IMG/VR virus record: IMGVR_UViG_3300043446_003193
Location: 1 to 64,000 of that record
Origin: a virus
Direction: 5' to 3' (one strand)
Length of the DNA stretch: 64,000 nucleotides
Shown piece after piece: positions 25,698 through 34,467 of this stretch (within the stretch, counting starts at the first letter, position 1; every line of letters begins with the position of its first letter). The translations under genes were made by a program, and so were the position numbers. Under the pieces are notes generated by a model that did not search any database, was not told the DNA's origin, and worked only from the letters and a program-made list of their open reading frames with translations.

Positions 25698-27182
25698 TTA
25701 TAATACCATTCTACTACCTATAAGGAAATTATGTAAAATTGGTGTACCAGGTTGTGTGTTTACACTTGCTCTATAATTGAAACTAAATCCAAATCTTTTA
25801 CTAATTTTATAATCAAACGAACTACCCAACATAAACCCATAATGTCGTGTAACTAATGTATTTCCAGTTTTTGCATTATATGATATTGGTGAGTTCATTC
25901 CAAATACCTGTGGTGATATTGTAAGTTTTCTACTATATTGATAAGGTTTAGTCCAAAACGCCACAACAGAAGTCATTAAGTTGTAATTATACTTACCATC
26001 TGCATCTTTCATCAATAGGTTTATTAATCCCACATTATAACCATAAGTTCCTCTTTTCATATCAGGTTTAATCCAAGTATAACCCAACATATTCATATAA
26101 GTTCCTTTGAGGTATGCAAATGTAGTTCCGTATGAATGTATTGCTTTTAATTGTCCTTCTTCAAATTCCATTTTAGTATATCCACCACTTAATGCGTATT
26201 GGTCCAAAGAACTCCATATCATTCCGTTTACTGATACACTACTTTCTCCGGTCATACTTGCTCTACTCCAACCCAATCCTAATATTGCGTTATATTTTCT
26301 ATCTGGTCCTTCCGATGTTGTTAAATCCGATGAAACTAATTGTGGGTTAAGATTGATTTTCTTTTCTTTTTTCTTTTCATCTTTTTTATCATCCTTCTTT
26401 TCTTCTTTTTTGTCCTCTTTCTTATCTTCCTTTTTTTCTTCTTTCTTTTCATCGGACTTTTTCTCTTCCTTTTTTTCCTCACTCTTACTTTCGGATTTCT
26501 TTTCTTCAGTTTTGCTCTCCGATTTACTCTCACTCTTTGACTCAGATGATGAAGAACTACCCTCACTCTTTGTTTCGGTTTTACTCTCCGAAGATGAAGA
26601 TGAAGAACTGCTTGAGCTTGAAGATGATGAACTACTACTGCTACTACTTCCAGATGATGATGAACTACTACTTGCAGGTGGTGTAGAAGATGTTGATGAT
26701 GTAGATGCGGTTGCTCCACTACTTGCCGCAGAACTACTTGCCGTAGATGCCGATGAACTTGCTGCCGAACTTGCACTACTACTTGCTGCGGTTGATGCCG
26801 ATGAACTCGCTGCGGAAGAAGCTGCTGAACTTGCCGCGGATGATGCAGCTGCTGCGGCTGCTGTTGATGCTGCTTGATTTACTGTCGTTTGGACTGTTTG
26901 TGTTACTACTTGATTTGTAGGACACCCCATTGTTTGATACTTTGTATAAGTTGCGTTTAACCACAACTGGGTTGCGCCTGATTGAACTTCAAATGGTGTG
27001 AATGTCTTTACCTCATTGTAGAAAGAAACGGTGGCATTTCCGTTTATAATCGTTGTAGTCGCTATTTTTGCTTCACCGGTACACTTATCTATAAAAGTTT
27101 GAGTATAAATCTGCCCTTCGGCTTTATTTGCCGTTAGGATTGTAACAATTAATATCGTAAGAGTAACAATCCATTTTTTCAT
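25698..27182 (-). CDS. secreted outer-membrane beta-barrel-like protein with long low-complexity Ala/Ser, poly-Ser and (K/E)-rich charged repeats
   Basis: Signal peptide; about 190 aa low complexity; C-terminal roughly 230 aa with alternating-hydrophobic strands typical of OM beta-barrels. Confidence 0.6.
   Translation of the reverse strand: MKKWIVTLTILIVTILTANKAEGQIYTQTFIDKCTGEAKIATTTIINGNATVSFYNEVKTFTPFEVQSGATQLWLNATYTKYQTMGCPTNQVVTQTVQTTVNQAASTAAAAAASSAASSAASSAASSSASTAASSSASSAASSSASTASSSAASSGATASTSSTSSTPPASSSSSSSGSSSSSSSSSSSSSSSSSSSSESKTETKSEGSSSSSESKSESKSESKTEEKKSESKSEEKKEEKKSDEKKEEKKEDKKEDKKEEKKDDKKDEKKKEKKINLNPQLVSSDLTTSEGPDRKYNAILGLGWSRASMTGESSVSVNGMIWSSLDQYALSGGYTKMEFEEGQLKAIHSYGTTFAYLKGTYMNMLGYTWIKPDMKRGTYGYNVGLINLLMKDADGKYNYNLMTSVVAFWTKPYQYSRKLTISPQVFGMNSPISYNAKTGNTLVTRHYGFMLGSSFDYKISKRFGFSFNYRASVNTQPGTPILHNFLIGSRMVL
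26340..26900. repeat. low-complexity DNA: GCTGC/AGAAG-type triplet repeats encoding the A/S and KE-rich tracts
   Basis: Visible simple-sequence periodicity; generates long spurious ORFs on both strands. Confidence 0.7.
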
Positions 27183-27184
27183 TT

Positions 27185-27481
27185 TTAACGTCTGCCTCCT
27201 CTTGGCATGTATTTAGGCATTGGTCTTGGTGATGGTTGAATACGAACAGGAGGTGTAGGTCTAATAGGAACTACAATTCTAGGTGAATAGTTAAATCTAT
27301 AATATGGAGAACCCCAATAGTTAAAATATAAAGGTGTGTGTAAATATGTATCATCATAAATTACTCTCTTTCTAATTTCTACTAATTTTGTAGAGTCTTT
27401 AGGGTCAATCATTACATATCTAACTGGAGTACAACTTGCTATTCCCAATAACAACATTGCTGCTAATAATAAATTTTTCAT
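27185..27481 (-). CDS. small secreted protein with Pro/Arg-rich C-terminus
   Basis: Signal peptide with lipobox-like LLLGIASC. Confidence 0.45.
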   Translation of the reverse strand: MKNLLLAAMLLLGIASCTPVRYVMIDPKDSTKLVEIRKRVIYDDTYLHTPLYFNYWGSPYYRFNYSPRIVVPIRPTPPVRIQPSPRPMPKYMPRGGRR

Positions 27482-27483
27482 AA

Positions 27484-27843
27484 TTACTTTAATTCGTTAT
27501 GTTTAATAATTAATTCACCTAAAACTTCAATTAAACCAACAAGTTCTTGAAATCCTATTTGGTCCATTTTTACTTTTCCTCCACATAATTCTTCCATATA
27601 TCCTCTTAATTCTTTTTTTGCAGAGTCTATATCAAACTCACCATTTTTTGCCTTTTCGTAATATGGTAATTTAACTTTAAAATGATGATATGTAAGAATT
27701 GCATCACCACCTTTTTCTTTTGCATCTTTTGTAATTTTAGTTGCACCTTCCCATCTATTTCCTGCAAAATCTAAAAATGGATCAAACTCACCACCATCAC
27801 TTTCTTCTTCTTTTAATAAATCTTTTAACTTTAACATTGGCAC
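27484..27843 (-). CDS. hypothetical protein (119 aa)
   Basis: ORF track. Confidence 0.45.
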   Translation of the reverse strand: MPMLKLKDLLKEEESDGGEFDPFLDFAGNRWEGATKITKDAKEKGGDAILTYHHFKVKLPYYEKAKNGEFDIDSAKKELRGYMEELCGGKVKMDQIGFQELVGLIEVLGELIIKHNELK

Positions 27844-28034
27844 ATTTTTAAAAATTCATCTTTATCAAATATAACATCTTCATTTCTGAATTTTGCCATC
27901 ATTGCAACTGCTATATCTTTTCTATTGTCTAAATCTTTTACCATTTTAATTATTTCCGCAACACCTACTACCATATCTCTATCGTTTGAATGGTCTGGAC
28001 TTGCTTCCTTAATTAACTTACTTAACTTTACCAC
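27831..28034 (-). CDS. hypothetical small protein (67 aa)
   Basis: ORF track; possible GTG start. Confidence 0.35.
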   Translation of the reverse strand: MVKLSKLIKEASPDHSNDRDMVVGVAEIIKMVKDLDNRKDIAVAMMAKFRNEDVIFDKDEFLKMCQC

Positions 28035-28143
28035 TTTCTAATTTTTTTAAGATTGCTAAATTTGCATCTACTAATTTTTTCTTCTTTACGCCACTTCTTC
28101 TACTTCTCATTGCTCTTGGTTTTTTTGCTGCACTTCCCATAAT

Positions 28144-28866
28144 CTATTTAGTGAATACACCTTTTTTAATCATTTTATCTAATATATTTGCACATGCAAT
28201 ATCTAATGCCTTTTTAGTTGAGATACTAATTGTAGATTGATTGAATTTAATCGGGTCTATTGATGCATCAGAAACTAATGTTAATTGTCTATTTGTTTTA
28301 GCTTCACCTAAACCAGATGCTGCGATAATAGTTCCGTTCTCTGCATTTGTGAATCTAACTTGTAAACCTAAACGAGTTACTAAGTTATCTTTGATACCAT
28401 CTTTTAAATTAATTGTTTCATCTTCTGATACTGAATAATCATATACTTCAATTTCAACAAAGTAATGTGCTAATTTAATCTTTCCTCTACCATCTAATTT
28501 GTTTTCGGAAATTCCAGCTGCTGATGCCTGATATTGCTTTACCATTCTATTCTTAATCTCAGTCTTATCTTCGGTAAATTCAAATCTATTAAGGTTGTCC
28601 AAATATTCTAATACGATATTTGCAACACCCAATCCAACTCTCTTTTCTTTTAATTCAGGGTACATTTCGTACACTTCCTCACCAATACCACATTTTAAGA
28701 TTTGGATGTTCTTTTTAGGTCCATCATAATCCATAAAAGCGGATATATCTTTTTTCTTTTCAAAATCTGCTTTAAACTCTTCTGTTTTTGTTACTCCTAT
28801 TGTTTGTGCAACACCCACAACACTGCTTAACAAAAAGAAACCTAATAATACTAATAAATTTTTCAT
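28144..28866 (-). CDS. secreted protein (240 aa)
   Basis: Signal peptide MKNLLVLLGFFLLSSVVGVAQ. Confidence 0.5.
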   Translation of the reverse strand: MKNLLVLLGFFLLSSVVGVAQTIGVTKTEEFKADFEKKKDISAFMDYDGPKKNIQILKCGIGEEVYEMYPELKEKRVGLGVANIVLEYLDNLNRFEFTEDKTEIKNRMVKQYQASAAGISENKLDGRGKIKLAHYFVEIEVYDYSVSEDETINLKDGIKDNLVTRLGLQVRFTNAENGTIIAASGLGEAKTNRQLTLVSDASIDPIKFNQSTISISTKKALDIACANILDKMIKKGVFTK

Positions 28867-28890
28867 ACATAAATGTTTTCTTATAAATAT

Positions 28891-28922
28891 AAAAAAAGGG
28901 AGTAAAACTCCCTTTCTTTTTT
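28891..28922 (-). terminator. bidirectional-type terminator hairpin AAGGGAGT-AAAA-CTCCCTT flanked by A/T runs
   Basis: Read directly from sequence; near-identical hairpin recurs at 39712..39745. Confidence 0.55.
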
Positions 28923-30123
28923 AATTACCTTTTGATGGAAATCTAGTCCATCCATTAGACCATATTGGTTTGGATAGTGTTTCCATTTCAGCTTTTGTAT
29001 AAGATACCTCTTTGTTACCTTGTGATAAAGCTTTTGTTTTCATATCTGCTGCAGTAAATACAGTAGAAGTAGATTTGAAGTTTAACAATGGGTCAAATGC
29101 CTGAATTTCATTGTTTTCAAATTTAGAAACCCCATCTTTGTAAGCTTGTGCAGTTTCGTTACTTTCAATTGAAAACCCACCTTTTTGATAACCAATGATT
29201 TTTGAGTTAGTCATTGTAAATTGAGTTGCACGTCTCCATCTTAAACCTAAATTATGGTTTGCTAAAGAAGCTGCATCAAATGGTCCAACTAAAATCATAT
29301 TATCCAATTTAGGATGTGTGAATGGCTGTGCGGTTGTACCTGTTCCATCATTATCACACTCCACACCATTTCCAGCATCACCAGCATCTACGAATTGTGG
29401 GTCTCTCTTTGATACTGAATAAGATACCGAACCTCTATATCCAAAATCAAAATCGTAATCATCATCAGCAGTTGCGTATGCGTATAAGTTTTTAGCGTTT
29501 ACAGTTCCACCAAAGAATTCAAATGCATCATCGTTAGCGTAAACAGTTTGGATATACTCTAAAGTTGTTCCACTACCTACACCACCTAATGTTAATCCAT
29601 TGATTTCAGAGTTTGGCATTGCTGCAATTCCTGCATATTCAATTCTAACATATTTTAGGATACCACTATTATCCAAATCGTTAGTTCCACCATAAGGTCT
29701 ACCAATACCACCTTCAATTGTTGGTTCAGAAGTTCTATTGGTAGTTGCTCTACCTAATATAACTACACCACCCCAATCACCAGGCAATCTTTCACCAACA
29801 GCTTTACCAGATGTAAATACGATTGGTTTTGCTGCAGTTCCTTCTGCGATTATTTGTGCACCTCTTTCAATAATTAATGCACCTTTCTCAGCGATATCGG
29901 ATACGATTGTTGTACCTGGCTGAATGATAAGTTTTGCACCATCAATTACATAAACATATCCTTTTAAGGTCCATGTTTTATCTGATGTTAAAGTTGTTGT
30001 TGTGTTAATGTTACCACTCAAAATTGTTGATGATGGTACATTTACAGGAATATCAGTTCCACCTAATTCTTTTTTGCAACTGAATAATCCCAATACTAAA
30101 ATAATTCCTAATAGTTTTTTCAT
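28921..30123 (-). CDS. lipoprotein (400 aa), beta-rich; possible right-handed beta-helix
   Basis: Lipobox LGLFSC; immediately downstream of the TonB-dependent-receptor-like gene with a 4 nt overlap. Confidence 0.55.
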   Translation of the reverse strand: MKKLLGIILVLGLFSCKKELGGTDIPVNVPSSTILSGNINTTTTLTSDKTWTLKGYVYVIDGAKLIIQPGTTIVSDIAEKGALIIERGAQIIAEGTAAKPIVFTSGKAVGERLPGDWGGVVILGRATTNRTSEPTIEGGIGRPYGGTNDLDNSGILKYVRIEYAGIAAMPNSEINGLTLGGVGSGTTLEYIQTVYANDDAFEFFGGTVNAKNLYAYATADDDYDFDFGYRGSVSYSVSKRDPQFVDAGDAGNGVECDNDGTGTTAQPFTHPKLDNMILVGPFDAASLANHNLGLRWRRATQFTMTNSKIIGYQKGGFSIESNETAQAYKDGVSKFENNEIQAFDPLLNFKSTSTVFTAADMKTKALSQGNKEVSYTKAEMETLSKPIWSNGWTRFPSKGN

Positions 30124-32372
30124 AAATTCAAATTTAATGTTAATGAAATTGTTTGTTCGTTGTTTGTTTTTATAAGATTTCTCTTTGTTTGTAACTTTTG
30201 ATAATAGATTGATGGTTGCGCAAATACATCGCCTATTGCCAATTTTATTTCCCCTTTATTTAATTTATGTAAAAGAGTTATATCCAATACATCTCTGCTG
30301 TTTTCAAAAATGTCTGGATAACCCTGAAATCCTATTGCTGATATTCTATCACCTACTCTATTGTAAGTTATGTTAATTGTATTTTTCTTTTTGTGAATAT
30401 TAAATCCACTATTTAATACATAATTTGATTGTCCCTGTAATTGTCTTTTAACTCCTTTAACATTTACTTCAGAATTCATCACAGAAGCGTTTGTGTAAAC
30501 ATCAAACCAATCATTTAATTTTTTACGAAATTCCAATTCAACACCATAAAGATATGCGTTATTGGGATTTGAATAAGTTAATAATAGATTAGATGGAACT
30601 GAACCATCTGCTACTATTTGCTCAATTGGTTTTATAAAGTTTTTACCAAAAAAAGATACTGAAATATTTTCTCCCGCGTTTGGATATAATTCCCATTTCA
30701 AATCTAAATTGTATATGTCAGATTTTTCCAATTTAGGATTACCCAATAATTGTGCATTTCTTACAAAATCATAATAAGCAAAATTAGCTACTTCTCTAAA
30801 CTCAGGTCTTGCTAATGTTTTACTTAATGAAAATCTATATTTTGTTTTTTCTAAATTGTAAGAAAGATTTAGTGATGGTAATACATCCAAATATTCTCTA
30901 TTAACTTTAACTTTACTTCCACTAAAATCTGCAGTAGATACATCAAATAGATTATATTCAGTTCTAACGCCTGTATTTAATTTCCATAAACCAAATTCTT
31001 TGTCCAACATTACATACCCACTACCTAAATCAAAATCAGCAGTATATTTGTCTGTGTTGTTTGTTATCTCATCTAACATATCAGTTGAAAGATAACGAAA
31101 TATTCTTGCATTAAATCCTCTAATCTTTTTTAAGTATCCACCACCAATCTTAATATCACCAAACGATTTATTAACATTACCATTAAAACTATTTTCATCC
31201 ATTACACTCCAAAAACGATATGTATCTCTCCATGCAGTTGTATATGGTTCGTTTACTCCTAATGATTTTGTAATTGGATTAACTCTATAATCAGGTTGTT
31301 CTCTGAATATAAAATTGTATCCTAAATTAAAATCCCAAGTTTTAAGTTTACCATCAAATTGAGAATTAACTACAACATTGTTTATATGGTTAGATGAATT
31401 ACTATGAACATTTTGAACATTATCATAGTTTTCACCATTTCTATTCATATAAGAATCATCGGCTTGATAGTTCACCAATGTTTTCCAACTATATCGGTTC
31501 TCACCTAAATAAGTTAAATTCAATAAACCATTTGCGGAAAATCTTTTTGAGAATAAAGTATCTCTATAATCGTATGCTAATTCAGTTGAAGATTGATAAT
31601 CTATTCTATCTATATAATTCAGTCCATAAGAATTTCTAATTGTTGAACTGAATAAAGCGTTGAATTTGTTTTTCTTTACACCAAATGATAGGCCACCATT
31701 TAAGTTTGGAGATGATGTAAACCCTTCTATGATTGGATTACTTAATTGTTTTGTGTATAACCTCTTATCACCATTACTACTAATACGATATCCGTAAGTA
31801 GATGGGAATGTGGAAGGGAATTCAGTAGCTTGAACTAACTTAAAATCTTTAAGAGATGAAACTGAGCCCCAACCACTTCCCAATGAGATATTAAAAAAGT
31901 TATCGGATACTTCTTTTGTTGAAACTTGCACCAATCCACCACTCCAATCGCCAGGTAGATTTGCCGATGCCGATTTAGATACTATAATATTATCAATTAA
32001 TGCCGTTGGAATTAAATCAAAAGAAAATGCTCTCTTATCAGGTTCAGTTGATGGTAGAAGGGTTTTGTTTAACATAGCAGAATTATAACGGTCTGCTAAT
32101 CCTCTTACTAATACAAACTTATCGTTTTGTATAGTAACACCACTTACTCTTTTAAGTGCATCCCCAACATTTCTATCAGGTGTTTTTTTAATAAAATCAA
32201 TGGATACACCATCCGAAACTACTGATGCGTTACGAATGGTTGATATTACAGCTACTTCAGTAGATTTTTTACCTGCTGAACGGACTGTAACCGTTGATAA
32301 TTGTTTGGAAAATAATGTGTCTTGGGAATATGTTACAAATGGAAGTAACAATAACAATAAAAAAATCCTCAT
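30120..32372 (-). CDS. TonB-dependent-receptor-like outer membrane protein (750 aa)
   Basis: Signal peptide; TonB-box-like STVTV; plug motifs DALKRVSGVTIQ...FVLVRGL...RYN; beta-rich C-terminus. Confidence 0.65.
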   Translation of the reverse strand: MRIFLLLLLLPFVTYSQDTLFSKQLSTVTVRSAGKKSTEVAVISTIRNASVVSDGVSIDFIKKTPDRNVGDALKRVSGVTIQNDKFVLVRGLADRYNSAMLNKTLLPSTEPDKRAFSFDLIPTALIDNIIVSKSASANLPGDWSGGLVQVSTKEVSDNFFNISLGSGWGSVSSLKDFKLVQATEFPSTFPSTYGYRISSNGDKRLYTKQLSNPIIEGFTSSPNLNGGLSFGVKKNKFNALFSSTIRNSYGLNYIDRIDYQSSTELAYDYRDTLFSKRFSANGLLNLTYLGENRYSWKTLVNYQADDSYMNRNGENYDNVQNVHSNSSNHINNVVVNSQFDGKLKTWDFNLGYNFIFREQPDYRVNPITKSLGVNEPYTTAWRDTYRFWSVMDENSFNGNVNKSFGDIKIGGGYLKKIRGFNARIFRYLSTDMLDEITNNTDKYTADFDLGSGYVMLDKEFGLWKLNTGVRTEYNLFDVSTADFSGSKVKVNREYLDVLPSLNLSYNLEKTKYRFSLSKTLARPEFREVANFAYYDFVRNAQLLGNPKLEKSDIYNLDLKWELYPNAGENISVSFFGKNFIKPIEQIVADGSVPSNLLLTYSNPNNAYLYGVELEFRKKLNDWFDVYTNASVMNSEVNVKGVKRQLQGQSNYVLNSGFNIHKKKNTINITYNRVGDRISAIGFQGYPDIFENSRDVLDITLLHKLNKGEIKLAIGDVFAQPSIYYQKLQTKRNLIKTNNEQTISLTLNLNL

Positions 32373-32453
32373 AAATTATTTAAGTTAGTTCCCAAATAAT
32401 TATGAGGATTTTTTACAATATTTACCGATTTAATATTATCAAATCGTTATCTA

Positions 32454-32723
32454 TTATCCTTCTTGTTCAGCGTCTAATTTAGCCGCATCATGTTCTGCTT
32501 TTCTATTGATGTACTTATCAACCGAAGCAATACCAAATGAACCCAAAGTGATTACCAAAAATCCGTTAAAGATATACTCATTAATCAATAATGGTTTACC
32601 CATCCAACCTGTGATAAGGTCAACTGCTAATGCAATTACCATACAACCGAATGATAAGAAACCAACTACTGATTTTTCGTTGATGTCGTTGTTGTCTTTA
32701 AATAATTCTTTAAAAAATCCCAT
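32454..32723 (-). CDS. small membrane protein (89 aa)
   Basis: Two TM helices. Confidence 0.45.
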   Translation of the reverse strand: MGFFKELFKDNNDINEKSVVGFLSFGCMVIALAVDLITGWMGKPLLINEYIFNGFLVITLGSFGIASVDKYINRKAEHDAAKLDAEQEG

Positions 32724-32762
32724 AGTTTTAAATTTTAAATGTGAATAACTATGTAACCGATT

Positions 32763-33335
32763 TTATCCTTTGTACTCTTCTTGTAAAAGTCCACAATTTT
32801 GACACTCCATATGTCCATCACCATCAGCATCTCCCCATACATGTTCACATTGTCTATGTGCATGGTGTTCAAATTCTAACTTCTCCATTTCTTGATCATG
32901 TTCTTGTTGGTCTTTTGCCAATTCAAAGTTTTGTAGGTTTTCTACTACTGCTAATTTGCTAGCTGCAGCAGCTCCTTGAACAAATGCATCTGGAATAATT
33001 GGAGTTGGAATTGCGTTAGTTTCCTTCATATCATTTGTATGTGAAAGTGTAACACCATCTTCTTCATCCATTTTCTGAACTAACATCTTATCCTTATCGG
33101 TATCACTAAACCAATAGTCAATGATTTTACCATAAGAACCAATGAAAGCACCTAACAACAACATTAATAATTCTTTCCATGCTGCCGCCATTGGGGTTTG
33201 TAAACTAATTGCAGTAAAGATACCTGCAATAATTACCATAAACCCACCTAATACCATAGCGGTAATATACCATCTACGGCTCATCATTTTATTTAACAGG
33301 TCTCTAAACCCGCTTGGTGGTTGTTGATTACTCAT
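32763..33335 (-). CDS. membrane protein with C-terminal Cys/His-rich metal-binding tail
   Basis: TM helices; EFEHHAHRQCEHVWGDADGDGHMECQNCG. Confidence 0.5.
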   Translation of the reverse strand: MSNQQPPSGFRDLLNKMMSRRWYITAMVLGGFMVIIAGIFTAISLQTPMAAAWKELLMLLLGAFIGSYGKIIDYWFSDTDKDKMLVQKMDEEDGVTLSHTNDMKETNAIPTPIIPDAFVQGAAAASKLAVVENLQNFELAKDQQEHDQEMEKLEFEHHAHRQCEHVWGDADGDGHMECQNCGLLQEEYKG

Positions 33336-33435
33336 TTTCTTTTTCTTTTTTAATTCTTTCGTTATTTGCGTGGTTCATAGCCCACAAAAAGAAAGCTATG
33401 AAAACTAATGTAACTCCTATTTTGTATCCCATATA

Positions 33436-33741
33436 TTACCAAGCTGCTGGCTTCTCTTTGAATTCATCACCTTCTTTTTTCTTAACTGGAGCTGCTGGTT
33501 TAGCTGCTTCACCACCTTTATTGATGATTACAGTTTTACCGCCACCTGCTTGTTGAGTTTGGTTGTTCTGAATGTTGATTACAGGAGCCGCTTGTTGAGT
33601 TGGTGTTGCTTCTTTTTCATCACCACCTGTTAATTTTGTTGTTACCCATCCACCTACACCTAAAGTGATTGTAGATACGAAACCGATGATTACATTCTTA
33701 ATAGATGAACCACCACCTTGTTGTTCTTGTTCTTCTGCCAT
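33436..33741 (-). CDS. small Gly-rich membrane protein
   Basis: ORF track. Confidence 0.45.
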   Translation of the reverse strand: MAEEQEQQGGGSSIKNVIIGFVSTITLGVGGWVTTKLTGGDEKEATPTQQAAPVINIQNNQTQQAGGGKTVIINKGGEAAKPAAPVKKKEGDEFKEKPAAW

Positions 33742-33752
33742 ATACTTAATTT

Positions 33753-34121
33753 TTATAATTTGTTAAAATCTGTTATACCTAATTGTTTTCCGTTTACGTC
33801 ATATAAACCAATTCTATATGCTGATGATGGAAGTGCTGATGTATATACTTTTAAGATATTATCACCACTATTTACCCATGCTGTTTCTTTTGATACTACT
33901 CTGTTTGCAATATCAAATATCTTTATTGTCACATTTTGCCCTGCTTCAACTTTTACATTCATTGCTACTTCTGTTGTCACAAATGGTGATTGTAATTTAA
34001 TACCAACGGATTGTGTAATTGTAAGACCGTTGTCAACCGCAACTGGTGGGGTTACAAATGGGTCTTTTCTACATCCTGCTATAACCATAATTCCGAATAA
34101 TACGAATAATAGTTTTTTCAT
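33753..34121 (-). CDS. small lipoprotein (paralog of 34123..34467)
   Basis: MKKLLFVLFGIMVIAGC lipobox. Confidence 0.5.
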   Translation of the reverse strand: MKKLLFVLFGIMVIAGCRKDPFVTPPVAVDNGLTITQSVGIKLQSPFVTTEVAMNVKVEAGQNVTIKIFDIANRVVSKETAWVNSGDNILKVYTSALPSSAYRIGLYDVNGKQLGITDFNKL

Positions 34122-34122
34122 C

Positions 34123-34467
34123 TTAATTTATTGTTATTTTAGTTTTTCCAATTTCTTTGTTACTCTCGTCCGTTAGGTATAAATATAAACTTTTTTGTGA
34201 TAATGATTTAGTATATATTTTTTTTGTGTTATCTCCCACAATTCCAGTAAATTTTTCCTTTGTTATTACCTGCGTTTGTGTTGAATCCATTAAAGTAAGT
34301 ATATATTTACCTGCTGATGTAAGTTTAATTTGTATATCTTGTCCGTCTTTAACCACTACTTCCGATTTTGAAAATATATCGGTTGTTGTTGGTTGTGGTG
34401 TTGGTATAACTTCTACTTTTCTACAAGCTACCAAACTTAAAAATAATATGAATAGTAATTTTTTCAT
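34123..34467 (-). CDS. small lipoprotein (paralog of 33753..34121)
   Basis: MKKLLFILFLSLVAC lipobox. Confidence 0.5.
   Translation of the reverse strand: MKKLLFILFLSLVACRKVEVIPTPQPTTTDIFSKSEVVVKDGQDIQIKLTSAGKYILTLMDSTQTQVITKEKFTGIVGDNTKKIYTKSLSQKSLYLYLTDESNKEIGKTKITIN

Noticed and set aside
26107-26877. 256 aa plus-strand ORF (and 26336..26776 minus ORF) rich in Leu/Ser/Asp/Glu or Arg/Lys/His
   Set aside because: Frame-shifted shadows of the triplet-repeat low-complexity region inside the 25698..27182 gene, not independent genes.
28015-28140. 42 aa Lys/Arg-rich small ORF (MGSAAKKPRAMRSRRSGVKKKK...) on minus strand
   Set aside because: Below size threshold and overlapping the start of 27831..28034 in another frame; plausible but unsupported.
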